DNA of 15,896 nucleotides. Source: Nitrosomonas europaea. Lineage in GTDB: Bacteria > Pseudomonadota > Gammaproteobacteria > Burkholderiales > Nitrosomonadaceae. The stretch spans positions 1-15,896 of the forward strand of contig NZ_FUWK01000050.1 in NCBI RefSeq assembly GCF_900167395.1. The letters run 5' to 3'. This document shows positions 8,128-15,896 of this stretch, piece by piece; positions within the stretch are counted from its first letter, which is position 1, and each line of letters opens with the position of its first letter. Made by a program: the position numbers and the translations under genes. The notes beneath the pieces were generated by a model, which had not been told where the DNA came from, ran no database searches, and saw nothing but the letters and a program-made list of their open reading frames with translations.

Positions 8128-8153
8128 TGAGTCCCCTGCCTTCACTTGGGAGA

Positions 8154-8169
8154 TGTTTCACGTGAAACA
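8154..8169. other. parS centromere-like ParB binding site (perfect 16-bp palindrome)
   Basis: TGTTTCACGTGAAACA is read directly from the sequence. It matches the widely conserved chromosomal parS consensus tGTTNCACGTGAAACa exactly and is fully palindromic. It lies 26 nt after the flgN stop and about 3.6 kb upstream of parB. The T-run at 8170-8174 means the same sequence could also fold as a weak AT-rich hairpin terminator for flgN. Confidence 0.85.
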
Positions 8170-8379
8170 TTTTTCAGCAGAAGTTGTCTTCTGGTAATGC
8201 CATGATCTTGTAATCACTGTCAGACAGGATTTATGGTGTTGCTGTATTTGTTCAATGGTGTATTTGTGCCAGTCTGATCAAATTCATATAAAATACTTTC
8301 GGTTTTCAAGCAAAATTTTCTTCAACCCGATCGCCTGTGTTTGTCCAGGTCGTGCTGTTAAATCAGCAGTCTGATATTT

Positions 8380-10299
8380 ATGCATTTCTCGAAAGACTTT
8401 GACATCATCGTCGTGGGTGGCGGGCATGCTGGGACAGAAGCTGCGCTTGCCGCTGCACGTATGGGCCAGAAAACACTGCTCCTGACACAAAATCTGGATA
8501 CCTTGGGACAAATGTCGTGCAATCCATCGATCGGAGGAATCGGCAAAGGTCATCTGGTTAAAGAAATCGATGCGTTGGGTGGTGCTATGGCTGCGGCAAC
8601 TGATGAAGCCGGTATCCAGTTCCGGATACTCAATTCGAGCAAAGGTCCGGCTGTACGTGCAACCCGTGCACAGGCTGATCGTGTGCTGTATCGTCAAGCT
8701 ATTCGCAGACGATTGGAAGCACAGCCTGATTTGTTACTGTTGCAGTCGACAGTCGATGATCTGCTGCTGAATGGTGACAAGATTACAGGCGTTGTCACAC
8801 ATCTCGGCATGACTTTCTCCGCGCGCGCCGTGGTGTTGACAGTGGGTACATTTCTGGGTGGCGTGGCGCATGTCGGTCATCAGAATTTTCAGGCCGGGCG
8901 AGCAGGTGATCCCGCATCGATCAGGCTTGCTCATCGTCTGCGTGAAATGAATCTGTCGGTCGGAAGGCTCAAAACCGGTACACCGCCACGTATTGATGCA
9001 CGCACCATTGATTTCCGGATATTGCGCGAACAGCCGGGAGATGAGCCGGTGCCGGTCTTTTCGTTCCTGGGTAATATCACGCAGCATCCCCGGCAGATAT
9101 CATGCTGGATGACTCGCACCAATGAAAGGACGCATGAAATCATTCGGACAGGGCTGGATCGTTCTCCGCTATATACCGGGAAAATAGAAGGTATCGGACC
9201 GCGTTACTGTCCGTCTATCGAAGATAAGGTAGTGCGTTTCTCTGAGAGAGATGCGCATACGATTTTCCTGGAACCGGAAGGATTGGAAACCAGCGAAATT
9301 TATCCGAATGGAATTTCGACCAGTCTTCCTTTCGATGTGCAGGTCGAGCTGGTTCGCTCCATCGCAGGGCTGGAAAATGCACATATCACCCGACCGGGCT
9401 ATGCAATCGAATATGATTATTTCGATCCGCGTACGCTCAAAAAATCTCTCGAAACCAAAGTGATCGACGGGTTGTTTTTTGCAGGTCAGATCAATGGCAC
9501 CACCGGTTACGAGGAAGCCGCTGCCCAGGGCTTGCTTGCCGGATTGAATGCCAGCCTCAAAATAAAGGAACAGGAACCCTGGTGTCCGAGTCGTGACGAG
9601 GCTTATATTGGTGTGCTGGTCGATGATCTGGTTACCCGTGGCGTCACGGAGCCTTACCGGATGTTTACCAGTCGAGCGGAATTTCGTTTGCAATTACGAG
9701 AAGATAATGCTGACATGCGGTTGACCGAAACCGGTTATCGGCTGGGTCTTGTAAGCGAAGAACGCTGGCAGGCTTTTGCTGCCAAGCGTGAAGCCATAGA
9801 AACAGAGAAAACGAGACTGCGTAATACCTGGATTTCCCCCGGTACCTTGAGTAAATTGCAAACACCGGATCAGCCAGCTGATGATCGTTCATATTCGCTG
9901 TATGATCTGTTGCGGCGTCCCGAAATTGGTTATGCAGAACTGGTTTCACTATCCGCTAGAGGTCAGTCTGTGATTGACAGCCAGGTTGCTCAGCAAGTGG
10001 AAATCGATGTCAAATACGAAGGTTACATAGAACGGCAGAGGCAGGAAGTCGTTCGCCATGCGCAGCATGAAGCCATGATTTTGCCAAAAGATATGGATTA
10101 CCGTGCTGTACGGGGGCTTTCCAACGAAGTAACGCAGAAACTCAATCAGCATCAGCCGGAAACGATAGGCCAGGCAGCACGGATTTCCGGCATTACACCA
10201 GCAGCCATATCCTTACTGCTGGTACATCTGAAGCGTGGCATGGCACGCCAGGCAGTCAAACGGGAAGAAATGCATGAATCTGGAAAAACAGTTGCATGA
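8380..10299 (+). CDS. mnmG: tRNA uridine-5-carboxymethylaminomethyl (cmnm5U34) synthesis enzyme MnmG (GidA)
   Basis: [62 protein letters not shown] is nearly identical in pattern to the GidA N-terminal FAD-binding region. The 639-aa protein is colinear with GidA along its length (e.g. [11 protein letters not shown]). Confidence 0.97.
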   Translation: MHFSKDFDIIVVGGGHAGTEAALAAARMGQKTLLLTQNLDTLGQMSCNPSIGGIGKGHLVKEIDALGGAMAAATDEAGIQFRILNSSKGPAVRATRAQADRVLYRQAIRRRLEAQPDLLLLQSTVDDLLLNGDKITGVVTHLGMTFSARAVVLTVGTFLGGVAHVGHQNFQAGRAGDPASIRLAHRLREMNLSVGRLKTGTPPRIDARTIDFRILREQPGDEPVPVFSFLGNITQHPRQISCWMTRTNERTHEIIRTGLDRSPLYTGKIEGIGPRYCPSIEDKVVRFSERDAHTIFLEPEGLETSEIYPNGISTSLPFDVQVELVRSIAGLENAHITRPGYAIEYDYFDPRTLKKSLETKVIDGLFFAGQINGTTGYEEAAAQGLLAGLNASLKIKEQEPWCPSRDEAYIGVLVDDLVTRGVTEPYRMFTSRAEFRLQLREDNADMRLTETGYRLGLVSEERWQAFAAKREAIETEKTRLRNTWISPGTLSKLQTPDQPADDRSYSLYDLLRRPEIGYAELVSLSARGQSVIDSQVAQQVEIDVKYEGYIERQRQEVVRHAQHEAMILPKDMDYRAVRGLSNEVTQKLNQHQPETIGQAARISGITPAAISLLLVHLKRGMARQAVKREEMHESGKTVA

Positions 10300-10918
10300 C
10301 GGTCTGAAAGCAATTCCGGAATTGTCCGCGGACACAGGGCACTTGTGCAGCAGGTTGTTGCGCTATATTGAGCTTATCGCGAAATGGAACAGTACACATA
10401 ATCTGACTTCGGTCAGAAACCCCGAATCGATGATTACCCGTCACATGCTGGACAGCCTGGTCATTTTGCCGCATGTCAGCGGGCCAGGTATCGTCGATGT
10501 CGGCAGCGGTGCCGGCTTTCCCGGTATCCCGGTGGCGCTGGCACGTCCCGAATGGCAGGTAACCCTGGTGGAAAGTAATCAGAAAAAAGCCGCTTTTCTG
10601 CTGCAAGCCGTGCTCGAACTGGGTTTGCCAAATATCTCGGTCAAACAGGGACGAGTGGAGAAAATAAAGCTGGAAAACAAAGTGGATACCGTCGTTTCAC
10701 GTGCATTTTCCAGTCTCGAACGTTTCATGAGCTTGTCGAAACACCTGAGTGAGAACGATAGCGATCACTGTCGCTTCATCGCCATGAAGGGGGAATTTCC
10801 GGATATGGAGCTGATGCAGTTATCCTCGGAATTTGTCGTTGAGAAGATTGTTGCAGTCACCGTGCCCGGGCTGAAAGCTAAGCGGCATTTGGTTGTGATC
10901 CGATATCAGCCCGGATGA
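10274..10918 (+). CDS. rsmG: 16S rRNA (guanine527-N7)-methyltransferase RsmG (GidB)
   Basis: [26 protein letters not shown] and the SAM-binding motif [15 protein letters not shown] are diagnostic of GidB, and the gene follows mnmG as usual. I chose the start at ATG 10274 (MNLEKQL...), giving 214 aa. That start overlaps the mnmG 3' end by 26 nt. The ORF-track start at 10235 would add 13 residues with no family precedent. Confidence 0.9.
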   Translation: MNLEKQLHDGLKAIPELSADTGHLCSRLLRYIELIAKWNSTHNLTSVRNPESMITRHMLDSLVILPHVSGPGIVDVGSGAGFPGIPVALARPEWQVTLVESNQKKAAFLLQAVLELGLPNISVKQGRVEKIKLENKVDTVVSRAFSSLERFMSLSKHLSENDSDHCRFIAMKGEFPDMELMQLSSEFVVEKIVAVTVPGLKAKRHLVVIRYQPG

Positions 10919-10983
10919 GGATTGTCGGATGGCATCTATAAAATCCTCCCGCAAGTCCACCGAAAATACAGAAACGTAACCTG

Positions 10984-11748
10984 ATGACCAGAATATTTGC
11001 CATAGCCAATCAGAAGGGAGGGGTGGGCAAAACGACTACCAGCATCAATCTGGCATCCAGCCTGGCAAGTATTGACAAACGGGTACTGCTCGTCGATCTG
11101 GATCCGCAGGGTAATACGACCATGGGAAGTGGCGTGGATAAACGCCTGCTGGATCGTACCGTTTATCAGATTCTACTGGGTGAACAGGTAGCAGCCGAAG
11201 TTCGCTTATCAACGAAACCGGGGAAATACGATTTGCTTCCGGCCAATCAGGAACTGGCTGGCGCAGAAGTAGAAATGGTGGCGCTGGAGCAGCGTGAATC
11301 CCGCCTGAAAAAGGCCCTGCAGGTGATTCAGGCAGACTATGATTTTATTCTGATCGACTGCCCTCCTGCACTGAATTTGCTGACACTGAACGGGTTGTGT
11401 GCGGCGCATGCCGTTATCATCCCCATGCAATGCGAGTATTATGCGCTGGAGGGGCTGAGTGATCTGGTCAACACCATCAAAAGAGTGAGAACGGGCTTCA
11501 ATCCTGCGATCAGAATAGAAGGTCTGCTGCGAACCATGTTTGATCCGCGCAACCTGCTGGCACAGCAAGTATCCGATCAATTGAAGCAGCATTTTGGCGA
11601 CAAGGTATATCGGACGATCATCCCACGCAATATTCGGCTGGCCGAGGCGCCTGGTTTTGGTTTGCCGGTGCTCTATCATGACAAACAATCTCGGGGGGCC
11701 CAGGCTTATCTTGAGCTGGCCAATGAAATTCTGGCAACCGCCAACTGA
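10984..11748 (+). CDS. parA: Chromosome partitioning ATPase ParA/Soj
   Basis: It has the deviant Walker A IANQKGGVGKTTTSINLA, followed by LLVDLDPQGN and FILIDCPP. At 254 aa and immediately upstream of parB, it matches the ParA/Soj arrangement. Confidence 0.93.
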   Translation: MTRIFAIANQKGGVGKTTTSINLASSLASIDKRVLLVDLDPQGNTTMGSGVDKRLLDRTVYQILLGEQVAAEVRLSTKPGKYDLLPANQELAGAEVEMVALEQRESRLKKALQVIQADYDFILIDCPPALNLLTLNGLCAAHAVIIPMQCEYYALEGLSDLVNTIKRVRTGFNPAIRIEGLLRTMFDPRNLLAQQVSDQLKQHFGDKVYRTIIPRNIRLAEAPGFGLPVLYHDKQSRGAQAYLELANEILATAN

Positions 11749-11799
11749 TCGATAATCCGATCAGGAATCCATCGATGTTAATGATTTGATACAGTGACC

Positions 11800-12633
11800 A
11801 TGGTAAAACCAAAAGGATTGGGAAGAGGGTTGGATGCATTATTAGCAGGCAATCCTCCGGAAACGGATTCCCTGCAGAATCTCGATGTGGGTTTGTTGCA
11901 ATCCGGTAAATATCAGCCTCGAACCAGGATGGATGAAGCCTCCTTGCATGATCTGGCTGAATCGATCAAGGCGCAGGGAATCATGCAGCCGATACTGGTG
12001 CGTCCCCTTATGATGGGCGGCTATGAAATCATTGCCGGGGAACGCCGCTGGCGTGCCGCACAAATTGCAGGATTGGAACAGATTCCGGCAATCGTGCGCG
12101 AGGTGCCGGATGAATCCGCGCTGGCTCTGTCTCTGATCGAGAATATCCAGCGCGAAGATCTCAACCCGCTGGAAGCTGCACTGGGAATACAACGGTTGAT
12201 CGAGGAATTCGGCATGACTCATCAGACTGCCGGGCAGGCGCTGGGATATTCCCGCAGTGCAATTTCAAATCTGCTGCGCCTGCTCAATCTGGCTGCGCCC
12301 GTGCAGGACCTGATCATGCAGGGAGAAATCGATATGGGACACGGGCGAGCCCTGCTTGTGCTGGATGCCGGCAAGCAGCTGGAAGTCGCGCACCTGATCA
12401 TACAAAAGCAGTTATCCGTACGTGAAACCGAAAACCTGCTCAAGCGAATGAATGAGATGCCTTCCGTAAAAAAACGGTCATTCCCGGATCGGGATCTGTT
12501 ACGTCTTCAGGAAGATATCTCTGCCCGGCTGGGTGCCAATGTCATTATCAAACCCGGGAAAAAAGGGACTGGCAATGTCGTTATTCATTATGCCAGCCTG
12601 GAGCAGCTTGACGGCATACTGGCAAAATTCTAG
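11800..12633 (+). CDS. parB: Chromosome partitioning protein ParB/Spo0J (parS-binding CTPase clamp family)
   Basis: The N-terminus reads MVKPKGLGRGLDALL. The ParB box GERRWRAA lies within IIAGERRWRAAQIAGL. The helix-turn-helix region is THQTAGQALGYSRSAISNLLRLL. The start is ATG 11800, or the GTG two codons upstream at 11794. Confidence 0.93.
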   Translation: MVKPKGLGRGLDALLAGNPPETDSLQNLDVGLLQSGKYQPRTRMDEASLHDLAESIKAQGIMQPILVRPLMMGGYEIIAGERRWRAAQIAGLEQIPAIVREVPDESALALSLIENIQREDLNPLEAALGIQRLIEEFGMTHQTAGQALGYSRSAISNLLRLLNLAAPVQDLIMQGEIDMGHGRALLVLDAGKQLEVAHLIIQKQLSVRETENLLKRMNEMPSVKKRSFPDRDLLRLQEDISARLGANVIIKPGKKGTGNVVIHYASLEQLDGILAKF

Positions 12634-12774
12634 GGAGCCTCTGAAAAACTACCTGTGTTGCCTTTCTGTGTTAAGAGTCGGCTCGAAATGCTCTTTATCA
12701 TGTATAAACTCCGCTTTCTCGCCGATTTTTGTCTTGAACTAACTGCCTCGCTGACGTTTTTCAGAGGTTCCCAA
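12631..12774. repeat. Long-range inverted repeat (12-bp perfect core, about 19 bp imperfect arms) flanking a 106-nt spacer between the convergent parB and yicC genes
   Basis: The left arm is TAGGGAGCCTCTGAAAAAC (12631-12649, beginning with the parB stop codon). The right arm is GTTTTTCAGAGGTTCCCAA (12756-12774). The core CCTCTGAAAAAC (12638-12649) is the exact reverse complement of 12756-12767, and 16 of 19 positions pair overall. The repeat is certain; its function is unknown. Confidence 0.6.
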
Positions 12775-12802
12775 GGGGATTGGCAATCGTCAGGTTTCTG
12801 AA

Positions 12803-13669
12803 TTATTCAATATTCTGGATCTGCTCGCGCAATTGCTCGATCAGCACTTTCATTTCCACTGCTATTCGCGTGACTTCTCTCGCCACTGACTTGGAGGCCA
12901 GCGTATTGGCTTCCCGATTGAGTTCCTGTGTCAGAAAATCGAGCCGTTTGCCGACGACACCCCCGGCAAGCAGAATGTGTTCGAATTCGTTCAGGTGTCC
13001 CTGCAGGCGTGACAGCTCCTCGTCTACATCGACTCTGTTGGCAAACAGGGTGAATTCCTGCCGGATACGTTCATCCTTTTCATCGAGCCCGGCTGCTTTC
13101 AAACTGTTCAGTAATCTTTCCTGAAAACTGGCCAGAATAGCAGGCAACCCCGGCAACAGATCCAATACCAGTTGACGCATTCGTTGTACACGTTCCAACA
13201 ACAGGTTATGCAGCTTTTCTCCCTCGCGCTTCCGGGCGGAGACGAGTTCCTGTAGAGCAGTTTGTAACAGTGCCATACACGGGGTACGCAAGTCATCGAT
13301 CGAAATATGGTCACTATCGAGTACGCCAGGCCAGCGCAGAATTTCAGCAACGGAAAAATCGCCTGCAGCAGGAAAAATAGACTTGATCTCATCGCTCATG
13401 ATCTGCAAGTCTTGCAACAGATCACGATTCAGTCGCTGTTGACGGTAACTGTTTGAATAAGATGAAAAAGTCAGGCGACAATCAACTTTTCCCCGCGTCA
13501 GTCCACTACCGAGAAAATCGCGCATTTCGGATTCAAGTGCACGGAGTTCATCGGGGAGTCTGAATTGCAGATCAAGATAGCGGTTATTGACTGAACGCAG
13601 TTCCAAAGCCAGTGATCCTTGCGGGATTTCCCGGGAAACTGCTGCATAACCTGTCATGCTTGCAAGCAT
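12803..13669 (-). CDS. yicC: YicC-family protein (UPF0701; stress-induced, linked to PNPase-dependent small-RNA decay in E. coli)
   Basis: MLASMTGYA...LELRSVNNRYLDLQFRLPDELRALE... and the C-terminus EMKVLIEQLREQIQNIE match the two conserved YicC ends. At 288 aa it compares with about 287 aa in E. coli. I chose the start at M5 of the listed ORF by analogy with MIRSMTAYA. Confidence 0.85.
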   Translation of the reverse strand: MLASMTGYAAVSREIPQGSLALELRSVNNRYLDLQFRLPDELRALESEMRDFLGSGLTRGKVDCRLTFSSYSNSYRQQRLNRDLLQDLQIMSDEIKSIFPAAGDFSVAEILRWPGVLDSDHISIDDLRTPCMALLQTALQELVSARKREGEKLHNLLLERVQRMRQLVLDLLPGLPAILASFQERLLNSLKAAGLDEKDERIRQEFTLFANRVDVDEELSRLQGHLNEFEHILLAGGVVGKRLDFLTQELNREANTLASKSVAREVTRIAVEMKVLIEQLREQIQNIE

Positions 13670-13712
13670 GAACTTTTCCATCCGGTGGATTGTCCAGTGC
13701 CATTCGGGTTGA

Positions 13713-13721
13713 TGCTATACT
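13713..13721 (+). promoter_or_regulatory. Candidate extended -10 promoter element (TGcTATACT) for the Tim44-like gene
   Basis: TG at 13713-13714 plus TATACT at 13716-13721 lie 41 nt upstream of the ATG at 13763, in the divergent yicC/Tim44-like spacer. There is no good -35 hexamer at 17-nt spacing, so this rests on the extended -10 alone. Confidence 0.3.
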
Positions 13722-13762
13722 CGACCCTTAAATTGTGTTTTTGATTCTTGGAGGTAGTCATA

Positions 13763-14677
13763 ATGCGGATATTAACATTTCTGGCCATAGCCCTGTTTGC
13801 CTTTGGTCTGACAACACTCGATGTCGAAGCCCGACGTATGGGAGGTGGCGGCAGTGTTGGAAAACAGCGCCAGTCAATCAATCTCAACCGGCAGCAGCAG
13901 GCTGCTCCCCAAGCTCCGCAATCTGGAAAAGCAGCATCACCCGCTTCACAGGCTGCTCCTGCTGCGGGCGGCAGCAAATGGCTCGGCCCTCTGGCCGGAC
14001 TGGCTGCAGGAGGATTGCTGGCATCTCTGCTCATGGGCGGCGCTTTTGACGGGATCAACATGATGGATATTCTGGTACTGGTTGGCATAGCCGCCGCCAT
14101 ATTCTTCATCATACGCATGATGCGTGGGTCTGCCGGCGGCAGACAAACCCAGCGGCCAATGCAGTATTCCGGTGCAGGTGCAGGAGGGATGGGAGGTGTT
14201 CCATTCCCGAATCGGGATACATCGGCACCGGCAGGTGGTGCGAGTTCCGGTTATGACAGGCAGTCCACTAGCACTGATGCACCTGATATTCCCGCTGATT
14301 TCGATGTCGAATCATTCCTCAAACAGGCTAAACGTTCATTCATCGCTTTGCAGTTAGCTCATGATGCCGGGGATCTGGAAGAAATCCGCGCCTATACCAC
14401 ACCTGATCTGTTTGCCGAAATCAGTAAACAGGTTGCTGAGCGTGGAAACATGGCGCAGCAGACCGATGTGATTTTTGTTGATGCGGCCTTGCTGGATGTG
14501 ACGAATCAGGGTAATCACGCGATTGCCAGCGTCCGTTTTACCGGTGAGCTGAGAGATACTCCCAATGCACAGCCGGAGCCCTTCGATGAAATCTGGCACG
14601 TTGAAAAAGATCTCGCAGCATCTGATTCCGGCTGGTTGCTGGCTGGTATTCAGCAGGCAGATGACCTGAAGCACTGA
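13763..14677 (+). CDS. Tim44-like domain membrane protein (function unknown)
   Basis: The ATG at 13763 lies 8 nt after GGAGG (13750-13754). The protein starts with an N-terminal signal/anchor MRILTFLAIALFAFGLTTL, followed by a G/A/Q/P-rich low-complexity stretch. Two hydrophobic helices follow (WLGPLAGLAAGGLLASLLMGG and ILVLVGIAAAIFFII), then a second Gly-rich linker. The C-terminal domain of about 120 aa (roughly 14297-14656: FDVESFLKQAKRSFIALQLAHDAGDLEEIRAYTTPDLF...WHVEK...WLLAGIQQ) is typical of bacterial Tim44-like proteins. Confidence 0.8.
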   Translation: MRILTFLAIALFAFGLTTLDVEARRMGGGGSVGKQRQSINLNRQQQAAPQAPQSGKAASPASQAAPAAGGSKWLGPLAGLAAGGLLASLLMGGAFDGINMMDILVLVGIAAAIFFIIRMMRGSAGGRQTQRPMQYSGAGAGGMGGVPFPNRDTSAPAGGASSGYDRQSTSTDAPDIPADFDVESFLKQAKRSFIALQLAHDAGDLEEIRAYTTPDLFAEISKQVAERGNMAQQTDVIFVDAALLDVTNQGNHAIASVRFTGELRDTPNAQPEPFDEIWHVEKDLAASDSGWLLAGIQQADDLKH

Positions 14678-14871
14678 GGGTAACGGGCGTGTCATGGTGA
14701 TTAGTCATCCCAGGTGGTGTGACAGATTTGCAGTTTTCATCCATTTGTTCACCACGACTGGCAACTTGATCGATCAGCACGCCCGGACTAATTCCGTTCG
14801 AATCGTATTTTATCTGTCCGCAATCGGGAATGGCACCAGGTTGCAGGCAGTACACCACCCGGACTCTGTAA

Positions 14872-15474
14872 ATGGATTTCGACGTACTGGAAAAGACTGT
14901 TTGTTTTCAGGGTTTTTTCCGCCTGGAACGGTACCGTTTACGCCATCGTAAATTCAATGGTGAATGGGGACGACCGATCACACGCGAGCTGTTTGAACGG
15001 GGACATGCGGCGGCGGTATTGCCTTATGATCCGCAAACGGATGAAGTATTGCTGATCGAACAGTTTCGTGCCGGCGCAATATCTGCACCCGGTGGCCCCT
15101 GGCTGCTGGAAATCGTGGCGGGGGTGATCGAAGCCAATGAAACGCCCGAACAGGTGGTTGCAAGAGAGTCGATGGAGGAAGCAAATTGTCAGATCGGCAG
15201 TCTGATTCCGCTGTACGATTATCTGGTCAGCCCCGGTGGTACTACTGAGCGAATCGTTCTGTTCTGCGGCCGGGTCGATATGCAAACGATCGAAGCCGGT
15301 GCCGTTTATGGCAATCATGGAGAAGATGAAGATATCAAGGTGCATGTCATGCCTCTGAATGAAGCCATCAGACTGTTGAGTACTGGTCGGATCAACTCTG
15401 CCAGTGCCATCATCGCGCTGCAATGGCTTGCCCTGAATCGCGATTCCGTTCGGCGGCGCTGGCTGCCGGAATGA
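14872..15474 (+). CDS. nudF: ADP-ribose pyrophosphatase (Nudix hydrolase NudF family)
   Basis: The N-terminal GFFRLERYRLRHRKFNGEWGRPITRELFERGHAAAVLPYDP matches the NudF-specific region. The Nudix box GVIEANETPEQVVARESMEEANC fits Gx5Ex7REUxEE. The protein is 200 aa. Confidence 0.85.
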   Translation: MDFDVLEKTVCFQGFFRLERYRLRHRKFNGEWGRPITRELFERGHAAAVLPYDPQTDEVLLIEQFRAGAISAPGGPWLLEIVAGVIEANETPEQVVARESMEEANCQIGSLIPLYDYLVSPGGTTERIVLFCGRVDMQTIEAGAVYGNHGEDEDIKVHVMPLNEAIRLLSTGRINSASAIIALQWLALNRDSVRRRWLPE

Positions 15475-15556
15475 GAATATGCGTATGTGTGTCCGTAAAT
15501 CCGCCAGGTTTTACCAGACACAATACGGTTTGCTGCTGGTATGTCTGCTATGGGTA

Positions 15557-15896
15557 ACCTGAGTTCGGGATAAGAAAAGAGGAAGTGAGCGCCCGCCTTT
15601 TTGCGTAAGATTATGTTTCCAAAAACAAATCAATCGCATTCAGGAGGCGCTCATGGACAGTTTAACTGAACTTTTTTGTCTCATAGATGATTTCTGCTGC
15701 CAATTCGAGCCCGCTTTAGAACGCCGCCTTCTGGAAACAGGGGTAAAGAAGCGCAAGCGCTGCAGCGGGTTGAGTTTGTCGGAGTTGATGACCTTGACCG
15801 TTTTGTTTCATCAATTGCGCTTTCGCCAGTTCAAGAGTTTCTACCTGGTTTACGTATGCCGTCACTTGCAGGCTGAGTTTCCGAAGTTGCCGAGCT
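15557..15896 (+). mobile_element. Partial IS982-family insertion sequence (left end; continues beyond the window)
   Basis: The call is defined by the transposase gene starting at 15653. The left boundary is not determinable from one end. I place it provisionally at 15557, where the sequence reads ACCTGAGTTCGGG, because IS982-family ends are reported to start with AC. The true end could lie anywhere between 15475 and about 15640. Confidence 0.55.
15653..15896 (+). CDS. IS982-family transposase, N-terminal 81 codons (3' end off-window; absent from the ORF track because it has no stop codon in the window)
   Basis: The ATG at 15653 follows AGGAGG (15642-15647). My own translation is MDSLTELFCLIDDFCCQFEPALERRLLETGVKKRKRCSGLSLSELMTLTVLFHQLRFRQFKSFYLVYVCRHLQAEFPKLPS. 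The ELFCLIDDFC...LS.SE.MTL.VLFHQ..FR.FK.FY pattern is the hallmark N-terminus of IS982-family transposases. Confidence 0.8.
   Translation, partial: MDSLTELFCLIDDFCCQFEPALERRLLETGVKKRKRCSGLSLSELMTLTVLFHQLRFRQFKSFYLVYVCRHLQAEFPKLPS

Noticed and set aside
8128-8379. Possible oriC in the flgN-mnmG spacer, since gidA-adjacent origins exist in some bacteria and parS is present
   Set aside because: I found no TTATCCACA/TGTGGATAA DnaA boxes in the spacer, and no array of AT-rich 13-mers. There are only three GATC sites. The two 8/9 DnaA-box-like matches in the window (around 3962 and 4473) lie inside the ABC ATPase gene. parS sites cluster near origins but do not define them.
10692-10707. parS-like half-site cGTTTCACGTGcAttt inside rsmG, and a second one (ACGTGAAAC, around 12419-12427) inside parB
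   Set aside because: Only about 11/16 and 9/16 positions match the consensus, with one arm of the palindrome lost in each. These are probably chance or decayed sites. They are worth including in a ChIP-seq check but are not supportable as features.
10917-10950. Hairpin GAGGATT-N20-AATCCTC after rsmG, and CGTAC-TAAA-GTACG (around 1855-1868) downstream of prfC, as possible terminators
   Set aside because: The stems are short (5-7 bp), the first has a large loop, and neither is followed by a U-tract. This is not enough to call them intrinsic terminators.
14678-14871. Unassigned 194-nt spacer before nudF. It contains a minus-strand ORF (14538-14858), a plus-strand ORF (14694-14951), an 8-bp inverted repeat (GGTGGTGT at 14713-14720 and ACACCACC at 14852-14859) and a T-loop-like GTTCGAATC (14796-14804).
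   Set aside because: Neither ORF has a recognisable motif or RBS, and each overlaps a well-supported gene by 80-140 nt. An 8-bp inverted repeat is expected by chance at this scale. No acceptor stem or anticodon arm can be built around the T-loop-like string, so it is not a tRNA or tRNA remnant. I treat the spacer as an ordinary promoter region.
1-15896. Composite transposon or genomic island bounded by the two terminal IS elements
   Set aside because: The two ISs belong to different families (IS481-like and IS982-like). The DNA between them is dominated by universally conserved core genes (prfC, mnmG, rsmG, parAB, yicC, nudF). This is IS colonisation of the chromosome, not a mobile cargo unit.

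Overview
The window is mostly conserved chromosomal housekeeping DNA with insertion sequences at both edges. The gene set is typical of an origin-proximal region. Gene content, the IS load and a broken siderophore receptor resemble a Nitrosomonas-like betaproteobacterium, but that is a guess I cannot verify without a search.

Left to right:
- 1-340: the 3' end of an IS481-family IS, which has cut off the 5' part of a TonB-dependent receptor gene (remnant to 1627).
- 1716-1884: a decayed, toxin-less Phd/YefM antitoxin remnant.
- 1885-7087, minus strand: a chain of ABC permease, fused double ABC ATPase (YejE/YejF-like) and prfC, joined by two ATGA stop/start overlaps.
- 7289-8127: flgM-flgN behind a near-consensus sigma-28 promoter.
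- 8154-8169: a perfect 16-bp parS palindrome.
- 8380-12633: mnmG(gidA)-rsmG(gidB)-parA-parB.
- 12631-14677: an intergenic long-range inverted repeat, then yicC on the minus strand and a Tim44-like membrane protein gene.
- 14872-15896: nudF, then the 5' end of an IS982-family IS running off the window.

I found no CRISPR array, tRNA, rRNA or recognisable defence island, and I see no convincing evidence of a wholly new system. The items most worth a second look are the perfect parS, the ABC pair that lacks a binding protein and is translationally coupled to prfC, the sigma-28 promoter, the eroded accessory patch at the left edge, and the inverted repeat after parB.

All protein assignments rest on motifs read by eye in the supplied translations. 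No database search was run.
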